Virus record (IMG/VR): IMGVR_UViG_3300032258_000001
Span: 1 to 59,036 of that record
DNA: 59,036 nucleotides
Source of the DNA: a virus
Lineage: Duplodnaviria > Caudoviricetes
Strand: one strand, 5' to 3'
Positions 38,821 to 48,292 of this stretch are shown here, in pieces (the first letter of the stretch is position 1; each line of letters opens with the position of its first letter). The position numbers and the translations under genes are program-made. The notes under the pieces were generated by a model that was given only the letters and a program-made list of their open reading frames with translations, did not search any database and was not told the DNA's origin.

Positions 38821-40230
38821 ACGCTGTTCGGTATCGGTCAATCCGTCAGCGAAGGACAGCAGGTAGTTGGCGTACTCGGTGGCCAGTAGTTCGGCCCTCT
38901 CGCTTACCTCACCCGCCTTCTTCTCGATGACAGTCTTGCCGCCTACAGGAGTGCCGTTAACGACAGCCCTGATTACCCGAACCCGCACAGGTTCAGCGTG
39001 AATGGAACACTCAGGCATCATTGCCTCGGCGTCCCGCATCATGGCCCCATCGCAGCATCCGGATTCCTCGTAGCTTCCGTCACCGAGCACCTCACCAACG
39101 TTGGAGCTTTCAAGGACGCGTCCCAGAACACCCGGGATGCTGGCCTTGACGTCGTCCATGTCTGGTTCGATGTCGGCGAATTTGTCGCCCATGATCATGC
39201 GGAAGAAAAGATCCGCAGGAAGAACGACCTTGAAGCGCTTGAGTGCACCAAGCACCGCGTGTGGGTCCTCGCCGGACAAGCGCCCAACGATGTCATCGTC
39301 CACTTCACCGAATCCGCTACCGTGGCAGAAGCCTTCGATACCTTCTTCGGGGTCGGTGGACATCAAAATCTCTTTCTCTATCTTGGCGAGCTTCTGCAAC
39401 AGGTTGTACCTGCGCGCCGCGCTACTGCCGTAGGGGAATATCTCGGCGGGTGGGGCCAGGCTGTACATCTCGGCGAGCTCCGCCCCGGTGATTACCTGAC
39501 TGGCTACCTTGCGTAGGCCGAAGCAAATCTTCTCCGCCGGGCGTCCCACTCCACTAATATCGTGGAAGAATGGCCTCGGCGTGAGGGCGCAGACCTGGGT
39601 GCCATCACTGGCGATCTGCATGGCATGCTTCTTCAGATGGACGCAGTAGTCGGAAAGCTTGCGGGCCTCATTATGGCAGTATGAGCAAATGTCCTCTGGG
39701 CAGTCGCTGCCCATGCTGAAGTAAATGGGTTCGCCACTGGCGACCTTTTGCAGCTCGTTGCGCCACTTGCTCTCGTCTACCCCAACGATGAGTTCTCCCC
39801 GGTCCATATTACTGTTGTACGCCGCTTTGACTATATAACCACTGGGGGTTCCGTCTTTATGCTTGTTGACATGATCCTTATACACCTTTCCATTCTTCAT
39901 GAACGTCTTGTCGTGGTACTCCGTAAGCCCACCCGTCAAATCGATGGTCTTCCTGGAGGGGTCTTTCGGATGCGGACAGGTATGGGTGGCATTCTTGCGG
40001 ATGAACGCATCGCCGTTATTGTTCGGGCCGTAGCGATCCCAGGCACCCACACTGATGAGGTGGATGTATTGATGGCCGGGCTTGCGCTCGAAACTATCCA
40101 GGTCGTTGTCGAACATAGCGGCTCGTTTGTGTAGCCACTGGTCATCTACGCCACGGCTATGCAGCGGCACTAGACTTGCCGTCGGCATGCCAAAGTCGAA
40201 CGCATCTGGAAATATCAGTTTCTGTATCAT
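38788..40230 (-). CDS. prohead (maturation) protease
   Basis: 'NNNGDAF', 'VYKDHVN', 'FSMGSDCPEDICSYC', 'FHDISGVGRPAE' fit the His/Ser/Asp pattern of HK97/assemblin-type head proteases with a Cys insert; start ATG 40230 overlaps the upstream stop. Confidence 0.75.
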   Translation of the reverse strand: MIQKLIFPDAFDFGMPTASLVPLHSRGVDDQWLHKRAAMFDNDLDSFERKPGHQYIHLISVGAWDRYGPNNNGDAFIRKNATHTCPHPKDPSRKTIDLTGGLTEYHDKTFMKNGKVYKDHVNKHKDGTPSGYIVKAAYNSNMDRGELIVGVDESKWRNELQKVASGEPIYFSMGSDCPEDICSYCHNEARKLSDYCVHLKKHAMQIASDGTQVCALTPRPFFHDISGVGRPAEKICFGLRKVASQVITGAELAEMYSLAPPAEIFPYGSSAARRYNLLQKLAKIEKEILMSTDPEEGIEGFCHGSGFGEVDDDIVGRLSGEDPHAVLGALKRFKVVLPADLFFRMIMGDKFADIEPDMDDVKASIPGVLGRVLESSNVGEVLGDGSYEESGCCDGAMMRDAEAMMPECSIHAEPVRVRVIRAVVNGTPVGGKTVIEKKAGEVSERAELLATEYANYLLSFADGLTDTEQRLSVAQMCATV

Positions 40231-41765
40231 GGTGCCCACTCCGGTGGTACGCCGGTTGCGTTTTCTTCCAGGTAGAGCTCTGCCCGGCGTTGCGAAAGGT
40301 TCTCTTCATGGCGGCGTTGTGCGTCACGGTCTCTGGCCGCATCACGCGCTTCTCTCATTTGAGCCTCTTCCTGTTTTGCAGCCATCTCACGCTCCTTGAG
40401 CTTATTGGCCGCTTTGGTGGCTGAATCATCCTTTGCCGGTTTCTTCTCAGGCGCACTACTGCCGCCGGGAATCTCCATTCCAGGAAGAACGCCGCCTTCA
40501 CCTGCCTCCAACTGCTTGGTGGCTTCGTCAATGTCGGCTATGCGTCCCTTCTTGATCTCCTTGCCAATGTCCTGCAGCTGCTTGATTGTTGCAGGATCAT
40601 AGACGTTACCTTGAACAAGCTGCTCACGGACCAAGGACTTGAGCCAGGCCGTGTACTTCTCGTCAAGCAGCTCCGGCATGGCTCCGACGATATTGTTGAA
40701 AGCTTCGATGGAGTCATCGATGGGATAATCCTTGATAAAATCATCCGAAGCTATATCGGTGAAAGCCTGCGTGGCCCTCAACTCGAGAAGCCTGTTTCGC
40801 AATTCGGCGTTGAAGGCCTCTTCATCCACCTTCTTGTGCCCTTGGGCAAGATGGCTGCCTATCGGAAGCGTCATGAACTTCTTGATAGGATCGGAAATAA
40901 GTGTGTCGGATACATGCTTGGTGGCTTTACCTAGCCCGCTCACTCCCTTTACTGTCCCTCCCGCTAGGGTAGGAAGGACAGCTGCCGACTTTTTTAGCAA
41001 TGCACCTGCCCTGGCATGCTCCCGTGCCTCGTCCATCGCAATTGCGATGCTGGTGAATGGTTCACGCAACGGGAAAAGAGCTGCATTGGCGGTCTTCTCC
41101 AATGGAAGCTCCTTGTCGATATAAGCTCCGATAAGCTTCATGAGGCGGACACCGTCATCACCATACTTGTTAACGGTAATATGGGCCACCTTGTTGAGCG
41201 CCTTGTCCTGCATCTTGCGCATAACCTGGCAGGCTCTATGGATAGCGTCTTCACTGGCCTGCTTGCGTATGCCGACATTCTCGCGAAGCTTCTCCATCTT
41301 GCGCTCCAGCCGGATAGTCGTTCTATACAACTCACGCTCGAGGACTCCTGGGGCTTCCGGCGCTTCAGGTGCTTCCGATGCATCCCAAGCTACCTTCTCC
41401 AAAGTTCTCCGTAATTCCGGAATGTTCTGCTGAGGTGTCGGTGCTGGGAAGAGCAGATCGGCACCGGCCACTTTCTTATGATAGCCATACATCTCGCTCG
41501 CAACCGCTGCCGGATCGACAAGCTCGAAGTCCTCCGCACGGTCCTCGGACGCGCGCTTCTGGAGAGTGTATACCGACTTCGACTTGTTGTATGCCTCGCA
41601 GGCCCTGGTCGCTAGGGCTGGGGTCATGCCGTCGATGCCGGACAGAACGTCGGCGGCGATCTTGTTGAGATCCTCACCGGGGCTATGCTTGCTGCGGTCG
41701 ATTATCTGCTCAATCGCCGACACGACAGCTTGCTCTTTGCTCTTATCCAGTTTGTCGAACTTCAT
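40227..41765 (-). CDS. putative internal head protein
   Basis: 512 aa, helical, about eight KxA motifs. Confidence 0.55.
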   Translation of the reverse strand: MKFDKLDKSKEQAVVSAIEQIIDRSKHSPGEDLNKIAADVLSGIDGMTPALATRACEAYNKSKSVYTLQKRASEDRAEDFELVDPAAVASEMYGYHKKVAGADLLFPAPTPQQNIPELRRTLEKVAWDASEAPEAPEAPGVLERELYRTTIRLERKMEKLRENVGIRKQASEDAIHRACQVMRKMQDKALNKVAHITVNKYGDDGVRLMKLIGAYIDKELPLEKTANAALFPLREPFTSIAIAMDEAREHARAGALLKKSAAVLPTLAGGTVKGVSGLGKATKHVSDTLISDPIKKFMTLPIGSHLAQGHKKVDEEAFNAELRNRLLELRATQAFTDIASDDFIKDYPIDDSIEAFNNIVGAMPELLDEKYTAWLKSLVREQLVQGNVYDPATIKQLQDIGKEIKKGRIADIDEATKQLEAGEGGVLPGMEIPGGSSAPEKKPAKDDSATKAANKLKEREMAAKQEEAQMREARDAARDRDAQRRHEENLSQRRAELYLEENATGVPPEWAP

Positions 41766-42592
41766 TTCTTGGGTTCCTCGTCTTCGAATTTCCGACTCGT
41801 AATCTGTTCTGCTTCCTGTATCAAATCTGATCTGGGCGGCTCAATGGCATGCCCAATAGCCTCACTGACGCCTGCCGCGTCTGCCGAATTGTCTGCCTGG
41901 CCTTCGGCATCCGCCTTGTCCCACGTCGATGTGACGGAGATGGCAGAAGTGCCGGCCCCATCAATTAACTTAGCATAAGTATGGCTTGATTTCAAAACTG
42001 TCTTGACGTGTTCGCTCACTCCCATCTGCCTGACCCAGTTCCTAAGCTCCGGGACTAGAGCGCATCCATCTATGGCATACTGCGTGAGATATTTGGTTCC
42101 GCCGTGATACGCAACCACCTTCCACATGTACGCCGAGTCGAACTTTATATTGTCCGATATATACTTGTTGGGGACGAAAAGATTACGCTGCACCCAAAAA
42201 GGCCTGTTGACACATTCCTGGACATCATAGAACAGATGAGAATACATATGGATAGTCTCCACCGTGACCAATGGATTGACCTGGGCGACGAAAAAGTCAT
42301 GTGGGGCATTCGGGTCGAGCAACGCCGCCTCCATAGTGTCCCGCATACCACCAGCCGATACATCCTCGTACAGCCTGAGAGCCAGAGTGGCCGCCTTGGT
42401 AGTCTCATACGCCATCAGAGCATCCGGGTCAACCCTATACCTGCCGCTCCTCATCCTCACTACACGCTTAAGAAGGACTATATAAGGGTCTTTGGACGGC
42501 CTGTAGATGGGCAGGCCGGCTTCTTCACGCTCAATCTCCTTGAGCGCGATGCCGTACCGCCAATCAGGGGTGTATGTCAGTGGATCAAGCAA
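41762..42592 (-). CDS. hypothetical protein
   Basis: 276 aa coupled ORF in the head operon. Confidence 0.6.
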   Translation of the reverse strand: MLDPLTYTPDWRYGIALKEIEREEAGLPIYRPSKDPYIVLLKRVVRMRSGRYRVDPDALMAYETTKAATLALRLYEDVSAGGMRDTMEAALLDPNAPHDFFVAQVNPLVTVETIHMYSHLFYDVQECVNRPFWVQRNLFVPNKYISDNIKFDSAYMWKVVAYHGGTKYLTQYAIDGCALVPELRNWVRQMGVSEHVKTVLKSSHTYAKLIDGAGTSAISVTSTWDKADAEGQADNSADAAGVSEAIGHAIEPPRSDLIQEAEQITSRKFEDEEPKK

Positions 42593-44774
42593 AATTCTCG
42601 GTCAACTCGTCGTTGAAGAGGTTGCTGTCTTCGCCGCTGCTCGTGTTGTGCAGGAACAGCGTCAGTTCGGAAACGTTCTGGAAGTTGTCGCGGAGGCTGT
42701 CCTCCAGTTCGCTCATCTTCTCGTGGCCATACTGGTCCTTGAACTGGTTGTAATGCCAGTAGAACATGAACAGGATGCGGCCGATGCGGTCCATGGCCAG
42801 CATGAGATCCTGCAGGTAGTCTTCCACCATACGGGACGGGCTACCGGAAGATGCGAGCGACTTCAGCACGCTGACGTCCATGACGTCCTTGACACCCTTG
42901 TCGCTGGCGTCGACGACCTCGTCCACCTCTTCGGTTGCCATCTCCGGGTCCATGTACTCGCTTTCCTCATATGGCGTGGACTCCTGGAATCCTACCGAAG
43001 GCTCCTCATCGTGGCTGTCGGGCCACTTCGGATCGGACGCAGCGTACTTGACCAGGAAGGTTTCGCGCGAAGGCTTGCCTACGCTCGCTTCCTTGTTGAT
43101 GATCATGCGGGCGTCGGCGGCGGAGATTCCGTGATCCTTGACCAGCTTGATCAGGGCGGCCTGCTTGCTGAGCATGCGCTCCCTACCGAACTTGCCGTCG
43201 ATCATGTAGTCGACGCCATCGGTCTGGACGGTTAATGAACGCCAACCTGCAGTCTTGATGATCTTGTGCTTGATGGTCTCCAAGTCGCCGACCGGCATTT
43301 CGCCGCCCCAGCACTTGCAGGCCACGATGCGTGCACCTTCCGGAATGTAAAGATGGGTACCCTTGCGGCAGACCATGCCGGGTTTACCGGTCAGCTCCAC
43401 GATACCATCATCATCACACCATTCATCTGTGTCGCTCGGCAGCTTTGCCCCGGCGATCTTGTTGCCGACAAGCTTGCCATTGTTCATTTCGAAGCGTTCA
43501 TAGTTGCCCTTCGAGTCGATGGCCAGGCAGCTGTGCCATTTGTAGGAGTCCGAGCCCATATCGTAGGCTTCCTCAGTGTCTCTGTCAGCGTCCTTACGGA
43601 ATTTGGACATAAGGCTGGTAGGCTTGATGCCGATGCCGCTGATGTCGGTGTCTTCCCGGGCTTCCAGGTTACGACACAGGATGGGCCGATCGCAGACGTG
43701 CGCTTCGTTCGGCTTGTTCAGGTCGATGACCATATAGCTGAACTCTTTGATGTCCGCGCTCTTGTGCTCCGGGTTCCTGGTGAGCTTCGACCAGCTGGTC
43801 TTACCCTTCGGGGCTACAATAATGTAGCACTTCTTGAAGCTACCATCAGCCATGAGGACTTCAAAGTAGCCATTCTTGCCTGGTGTAGCCAAGCTGCCAC
43901 TGGCCTGCTTGTCGACGAAGACGGTGGAGGTCTTCTTCCGTCCATCGACTACATAAAGGCCATCCCGCAGGACGACTTCCTTAGCCTTGTCATCGAGTTT
44001 CTTGACGGCATCGGTGTCTTCCAGGGTGATGATCTGCAGCTGGTTCTCGTTGTGGACTGCATCCACCATGAGGGGATACGTCCCGTCCTGTACTTCGCTA
44101 CCATCGGGGGGAGGCTGATTGTCCTTGACGGATTCGGCTATCTTGCGGATGTCCTCCGGTTCATAGAACTTGAGTATTGCGTTGGCGAAGTCCGGGTTGG
44201 TGTTCAGGGTCCTGAAGAAGCTGACTGCCGCATGTTTTCCGAGGCGCGGTAGCCACTCCCTTAGGTCAAATCTGTCTTTGCCGCGTTCATCGTAGACGAG
44301 GACCATGTCCGCGATGTCGTCGTGGATTCCTTCTTTGTCGATGAAGCTCGCGCCCTTGAACATGATGCTCTTGCTCTTGGAATCACGGCGGAGGCTGACG
44401 GCGTCTGCCCGCTTGGGCTTGCTCTTCGGCATGTCTCCGGACTTCTCGCCCAGCAGTGCCGTACGGTTCTGGCGGATGTAGGAGACCCATGTGTCCTTGG
44501 CCGGTACGAACTGGCTCTTCTCCGGCAGATACATCATGTCGTATCCACGGATGCGGCCATTGAGGAAGAACGCCGGGACATAGATCCACTGCTCGCCTAC
44601 CTTATAGACCATAACACCCATACCACGTGTGCCATCGTCGTCGCGTTCGACCAGCTGGAAGCCGACCTTGTATTCGTTGAGAGACGGCAGCCGTTGAGTG
44701 ATCTCGGCATCCGCCACGTTTGCAAGCTTGACTTCAAAATCGTCAGCAGCAGTCTTCCTGATAACACCTATCAT
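42585..44774 (-). CDS. putative internal head protein
   Basis: 729 aa, ATGA-coupled to the RNAP beta'-C gene; about ten KxA motifs. Confidence 0.55.
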   Translation of the reverse strand: MIGVIRKTAADDFEVKLANVADAEITQRLPSLNEYKVGFQLVERDDDGTRGMGVMVYKVGEQWIYVPAFFLNGRIRGYDMMYLPEKSQFVPAKDTWVSYIRQNRTALLGEKSGDMPKSKPKRADAVSLRRDSKSKSIMFKGASFIDKEGIHDDIADMVLVYDERGKDRFDLREWLPRLGKHAAVSFFRTLNTNPDFANAILKFYEPEDIRKIAESVKDNQPPPDGSEVQDGTYPLMVDAVHNENQLQIITLEDTDAVKKLDDKAKEVVLRDGLYVVDGRKKTSTVFVDKQASGSLATPGKNGYFEVLMADGSFKKCYIIVAPKGKTSWSKLTRNPEHKSADIKEFSYMVIDLNKPNEAHVCDRPILCRNLEAREDTDISGIGIKPTSLMSKFRKDADRDTEEAYDMGSDSYKWHSCLAIDSKGNYERFEMNNGKLVGNKIAGAKLPSDTDEWCDDDGIVELTGKPGMVCRKGTHLYIPEGARIVACKCWGGEMPVGDLETIKHKIIKTAGWRSLTVQTDGVDYMIDGKFGRERMLSKQAALIKLVKDHGISAADARMIINKEASVGKPSRETFLVKYAASDPKWPDSHDEEPSVGFQESTPYEESEYMDPEMATEEVDEVVDASDKGVKDVMDVSVLKSLASSGSPSRMVEDYLQDLMLAMDRIGRILFMFYWHYNQFKDQYGHEKMSELEDSLRDNFQNVSELTLFLHNTSSGEDSNLFNDELTENFA

Positions 44775-46603
44775 TGTTGGACCTCTTGTATGTTTACTAG
44801 CCTCGGAAAATACGATGTGCTTTGTTTTTCGCTCATGGCGCCGCGCTCGGCCGCCCGAGTCATTACTCGCTTGAGATTCTCTCCTGCGAGTCGTGTCAAC
44901 AGATCCTTATCCGTCGACATGAAATCCTGCGCTCGGGTAACTTCGGGCTCAAACGGCGGCGGCTCCGAGTGAGCCAGCACCGTCTTGACGCCTGCCTTCT
45001 GCAATCGCTTGGCAATACGCGGAGTCACGCGCGTGCCTATCGTATAGTGCAGATAGGGTTTCTCTAAGTATAATTTATTCGCTGTAGTGACACTTTTCAA
45101 GGCAGCCCCCTCACGAGGCTTCCAGTTCGACGCTATCGTGGAGTAGTCCACGACGTCGTCCGGCAGGTATCCTTCAACCCCGTCCGGGTCGGTCACGCGC
45201 ACCCTGCCGATAAACTGTCTGGCCAGATATTCAAGGTTACGGCGGTTGGTGCTCGCCCCTGAATTCTTGAGAATCTCACGGAGATGCTTGAGGAAGTAGA
45301 CTCGTCCCTCTCCGATTCCTTTATGCTTAACGACCTCGGCAGCGTTCATCATCCCATCGGAGATCATGTCGCCGGCCTCAACTACGTCGCCCTGCCTGAC
45401 TTTGACCTCGTAGCCTTGTGGGACATAGTGCCGGTCCGGGCCTATCATGACGTAATGGCCGCCTTGCGGCGCTTTCTTGATCCCGGCTACCTTGCCGTCA
45501 CGCTGTGCGACGGTGGCTGCCCCTGGAAACTCCTTCGGCACCTGAAAAAACTTGTTGACGGCCGAAAAGCCGGTCTCTATCCTGGAGGTCTCACCGACTT
45601 CTCCACCTACATGCTTGGAGGAGATGGCACTCTGCGTCAGAGGTTCTATGAACGTACGTGCGCCGGTAACCCCGACAGCGTCTCCTATGTTCGGCAACGC
45701 GCCGGTCTCTCGGACTCCGGCGCACTTGGCACAGATGCCCTCCTTAGCCTGGCACGTCAATGCGCTGCGACCAACGATCTCCCTGTCCTTAACGAGCGCG
45801 ATATTTTCATCGTCTAAAATAGTTCCGGCCTTGAGCTGCCCGGTATCCTTGGCCAGGACGGTACCGACATTGTCCTGGTCGTCTCCGGCCAGCTCGATAC
45901 CTTCGGTCGTGCCACAATCCTCTTCGGTGACGACACTCCTGTGTCCTACATTGGTGATCTGTTTACCGAAGTAGCCGCTGTCCGCCGTAGCGAACTGCAC
46001 ATCCACATAACCCTTCCGGGCTCCATGGCTCGCAGCCCAATATGCCAGTGGGCTCACGCCCTCAGCGTATCCCTCGAGGCTCGGGTAGGGGACTGGGCGT
46101 CCCTTGGAGTCGGCACTGATCAGGTTACCTAGTAGAAGCTGACGCAGCTGGAAAGGCTTGCCACGGCTGCCACTGTTGATCTGAAGTGCGAACGATCCGT
46201 CGCGCTCGGTTACAGCATTGAGCAGATCCTGGTCGATGGTCTTGCTAAAGTCCGTGACCATTTTCATGACGGTTTTGGTCTTCTGCTCCGTGGACATAAG
46301 GGGGCTATCATACACCTGGGCGACTTTGGCCTTCAGCTCGTCACGCCGCTTGGCGATCTCAGGCGGGACCTTGAAGTCATCGGGGCGTAGGGAGGCTACC
46401 CGCCCATACAAGGATACGGTGTTGACTGCAAGCGTGTTAAGCTTGTGCAACACATCCTCATACTTCTCCGGGTCCTCCTGTGCGAGCCTAGTGTAAAAAG
46501 CCTCGATCTCCTTCTTTCCCATGACCCCTTTGAATTGGTCCCGGTACTTTTCGGGGATCGCGGCCTTCACCTTCTCGCGGCCCAATGTCGTGACTATCGC
46601 CAT
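44771..46603 (-). CDS. rpoC: phage RNA polymerase beta' subunit, C-terminal part
   Basis: 'TTLGR', 'INSGSRG', bridge helix 'SHGARKGYVDVQFATADSGY', 'VTEEDCGT', Zn site 'RSALTC...GICAKCAG', trigger region 'GDAVGV...EPLTQSAISSKHVGG'. Confidence 0.92.
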   Translation of the reverse strand: MAIVTTLGREKVKAAIPEKYRDQFKGVMGKKEIEAFYTRLAQEDPEKYEDVLHKLNTLAVNTVSLYGRVASLRPDDFKVPPEIAKRRDELKAKVAQVYDSPLMSTEQKTKTVMKMVTDFSKTIDQDLLNAVTERDGSFALQINSGSRGKPFQLRQLLLGNLISADSKGRPVPYPSLEGYAEGVSPLAYWAASHGARKGYVDVQFATADSGYFGKQITNVGHRSVVTEEDCGTTEGIELAGDDQDNVGTVLAKDTGQLKAGTILDDENIALVKDREIVGRSALTCQAKEGICAKCAGVRETGALPNIGDAVGVTGARTFIEPLTQSAISSKHVGGEVGETSRIETGFSAVNKFFQVPKEFPGAATVAQRDGKVAGIKKAPQGGHYVMIGPDRHYVPQGYEVKVRQGDVVEAGDMISDGMMNAAEVVKHKGIGEGRVYFLKHLREILKNSGASTNRRNLEYLARQFIGRVRVTDPDGVEGYLPDDVVDYSTIASNWKPREGAALKSVTTANKLYLEKPYLHYTIGTRVTPRIAKRLQKAGVKTVLAHSEPPPFEPEVTRAQDFMSTDKDLLTRLAGENLKRVMTRAAERGAMSEKQSTSYFPRLVNIQEVQQ

Positions 46604-46613
46604 TTAGTATATC

Positions 46614-47438
46614 CTACTTCTTTTTGGGGTCTATTACGCCTCTGCGCCCAAGCCAGCCACGGGCGTTTAGCTTCTGCAGCGTATTGTAGCCTGTCTTTGC
46701 GGTAGGTCCTGCAGCCAGCCCACCAAGAAGGAGTCCCAGGCCGGTAGCGCTGCCCCACCTCCCGGCACTGGTCAGGAAGGATCGTGAGGCATTTCTATGC
46801 GCCATATTTTCCAGAACTTCTCTCGCTGGATCGACGCTTGTTGACGTGCTTCTGCGAAGACCCTCAAGAGCATCCTCAAGTGCACCAGCCGAGTATTGAT
46901 TGCTTAAGCGCGTTGATATAGCAGCGAGATCTGGAGAAGTGCCGCCACTGGCTATCTCAGCTCGAATTGCTCTTAGGGCATTGCGTGCCTCCTCGGTGCG
47001 CGCGTTTGCTACAAGCTTTTTACCTAACCTGTGTCCACCAAAAGTCCCGACAGCACTACCACCAAGGACAGTGACTGGGTCGGTAATTCCTTCCTTGAAG
47101 GATTTCACGACATTCTCAGCATGCGATCTGTTGGCGAGCTCCAACTGCCTGGCTATTGCCTCTTGCTCTTCACGTTCCTTCTTGCTCAGCTCTCCAGCAC
47201 CTGCGTCCTGTAGTGCCTGTGCACCGATAGTCCCTACTGCAGCACCGGCACCTGCACCCATGAGACCAGGTATGAAACCCTTGAGGCCTAGGATATAGCG
47301 CGTACCAAGATAGCCTGCAGCTCCGCCGCCGAGTGCTCCGATCAACCGAGCCATCTGCTTCTTATTCATACTGGTCGGCTTTTCGGGGTCGTTGTCGTTC
47401 TTATTTTTTATAGCCTGCTTATAAAGCATGTATTCCAT
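46614..47438 (-). CDS. glycine-zipper hydrophobic protein (putative virion/ejection protein)
   Basis: 274 aa; 'LIGALGGGAAGYLG', 'GLMGAGAGAAVGTIGA', 'GLGLLLGGLAAG'; N-terminal LYKQA. Confidence 0.55.
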   Translation of the reverse strand: MEYMLYKQAIKNKNDNDPEKPTSMNKKQMARLIGALGGGAAGYLGTRYILGLKGFIPGLMGAGAGAAVGTIGAQALQDAGAGELSKKEREEQEAIARQLELANRSHAENVVKSFKEGITDPVTVLGGSAVGTFGGHRLGKKLVANARTEEARNALRAIRAEIASGGTSPDLAAISTRLSNQYSAGALEDALEGLRRSTSTSVDPAREVLENMAHRNASRSFLTSAGRWGSATGLGLLLGGLAAGPTAKTGYNTLQKLNARGWLGRRGVIDPKKK

Positions 47439-47449
47439 CGGGAGACTCC

Positions 47450-48232
47450 TTATTTACCGGCCACCTTCGTCCTGCTCCAATGATCCATGGCCATCTTCGG
47501 CATGGTCTCCGACGGGAACTCCCCAGGAGGCATACCGCTCTCCATGGCAGCCATCATCGGGTCCATTCCGCCCATGGCCGGGTCTTCCATGCCTGCGGCA
47601 ACGGCTGCTATATCTTCCGGAGCTGCCGCTTCGCCGCCAATAGAGGTATCACCCCCTACCCCGACGTCACCAGCCGGAAGCTGTACGCCAGTGGCGGCTG
47701 CCAACGCTTGCAGCGACTCCTCGATGGTCTGCATCTTGGCCATGATGTCCTTGTTCGTAACACGTTTGGACTCGGACTCCGGTGCGCCTTCGCCGCCTTC
47801 ACCCTGTAGCTCACTGATGACGAGCTTGAGATCTTCAAGATTCAAGGTGACGGGGGTACCTGCAGCTGCAGGGTCTTCCATCGGGGGAGCGCCGCCGGCC
47901 AGGGCGTCTTCGAGCGGAGGCATGCCTCCCATCATGGCGGGGTCCATTCCCATCATGGCCGGGTCCATCGGGGGTGCGCCGCCCATCATGGCGGGGTCCA
48001 TCGGGGGTGCGCCACCCATCATGGCGGGGTCCATCGGGGGTGCGCCACCCATCATGGCGGGGTCCATTCCCATCATGGCGGGGTCCATTGGAGGAGCTCC
48101 GCCGGCCATAGCCGGGTCCATGGGGGCTGCGCCCTGCTGGGCCGCCGCTGCCTGGGCCTCTGGGGTCATCGGGTTGAAAGCTTCTTTCGAGATGTTTTCT
48201 CGGGCCTGTTTCAGCAACTTATGGTCTAGCAT
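47450..48232 (-). CDS. low-complexity Met/Pro/Gly repeat protein
   Basis: 260 aa; tandem MDPAMMG(GAPP) units; KQA/KEA at the N-terminus, KMA/KVA at the C-terminus. Confidence 0.7.
   Translation of the reverse strand: MLDHKLLKQARENISKEAFNPMTPEAQAAAAQQGAAPMDPAMAGGAPPMDPAMMGMDPAMMGGAPPMDPAMMGGAPPMDPAMMGGAPPMDPAMMGMDPAMMGGMPPLEDALAGGAPPMEDPAAAGTPVTLNLEDLKLVISELQGEGGEGAPESESKRVTNKDIMAKMQTIEESLQALAAATGVQLPAGDVGVGGDTSIGGEAAAPEDIAAVAAGMEDPAMGGMDPMMAAMESGMPPGEFPSETMPKMAMDHWSRTKVAGK
47880..48130 (-). repeat. coding tandem repeat of 33-bp and 21-bp units
   Basis: Repeated catcatggcggggtccatcgggggtgcgccaccc and catcatggcggggtccattcc on the plus strand. Confidence 0.85.
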
Positions 48233-48262
48233 GATTCCTCCTGTGATTAAATCTTTGTGTTT

Positions 48263-48292
48263 AATATACCAGCTATGTCACTTATTTTCCAC
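48263..48292 (-). promoter_or_regulatory. candidate phage promoter GTGGAAA-N17-TATATT
   Basis: Minus strand gTGGAAA ataagtgacatagctgg TATATTaaa spanning the RNAP stop codon, about 30 nt before ATG 48232. Confidence 0.65.

Noticed and set aside
47880-48130. CRISPR array
   Set aside because: Repeats are contiguous in-frame 21/33-bp coding units without unique spacers; no cas genes.
46604-48277. Intron or mobile element splitting beta'
   Set aside because: Both RNAP parts have their own start and stop signals, and the two intervening genes carry head-protein KxA motifs rather than endonuclease or maturase motifs.
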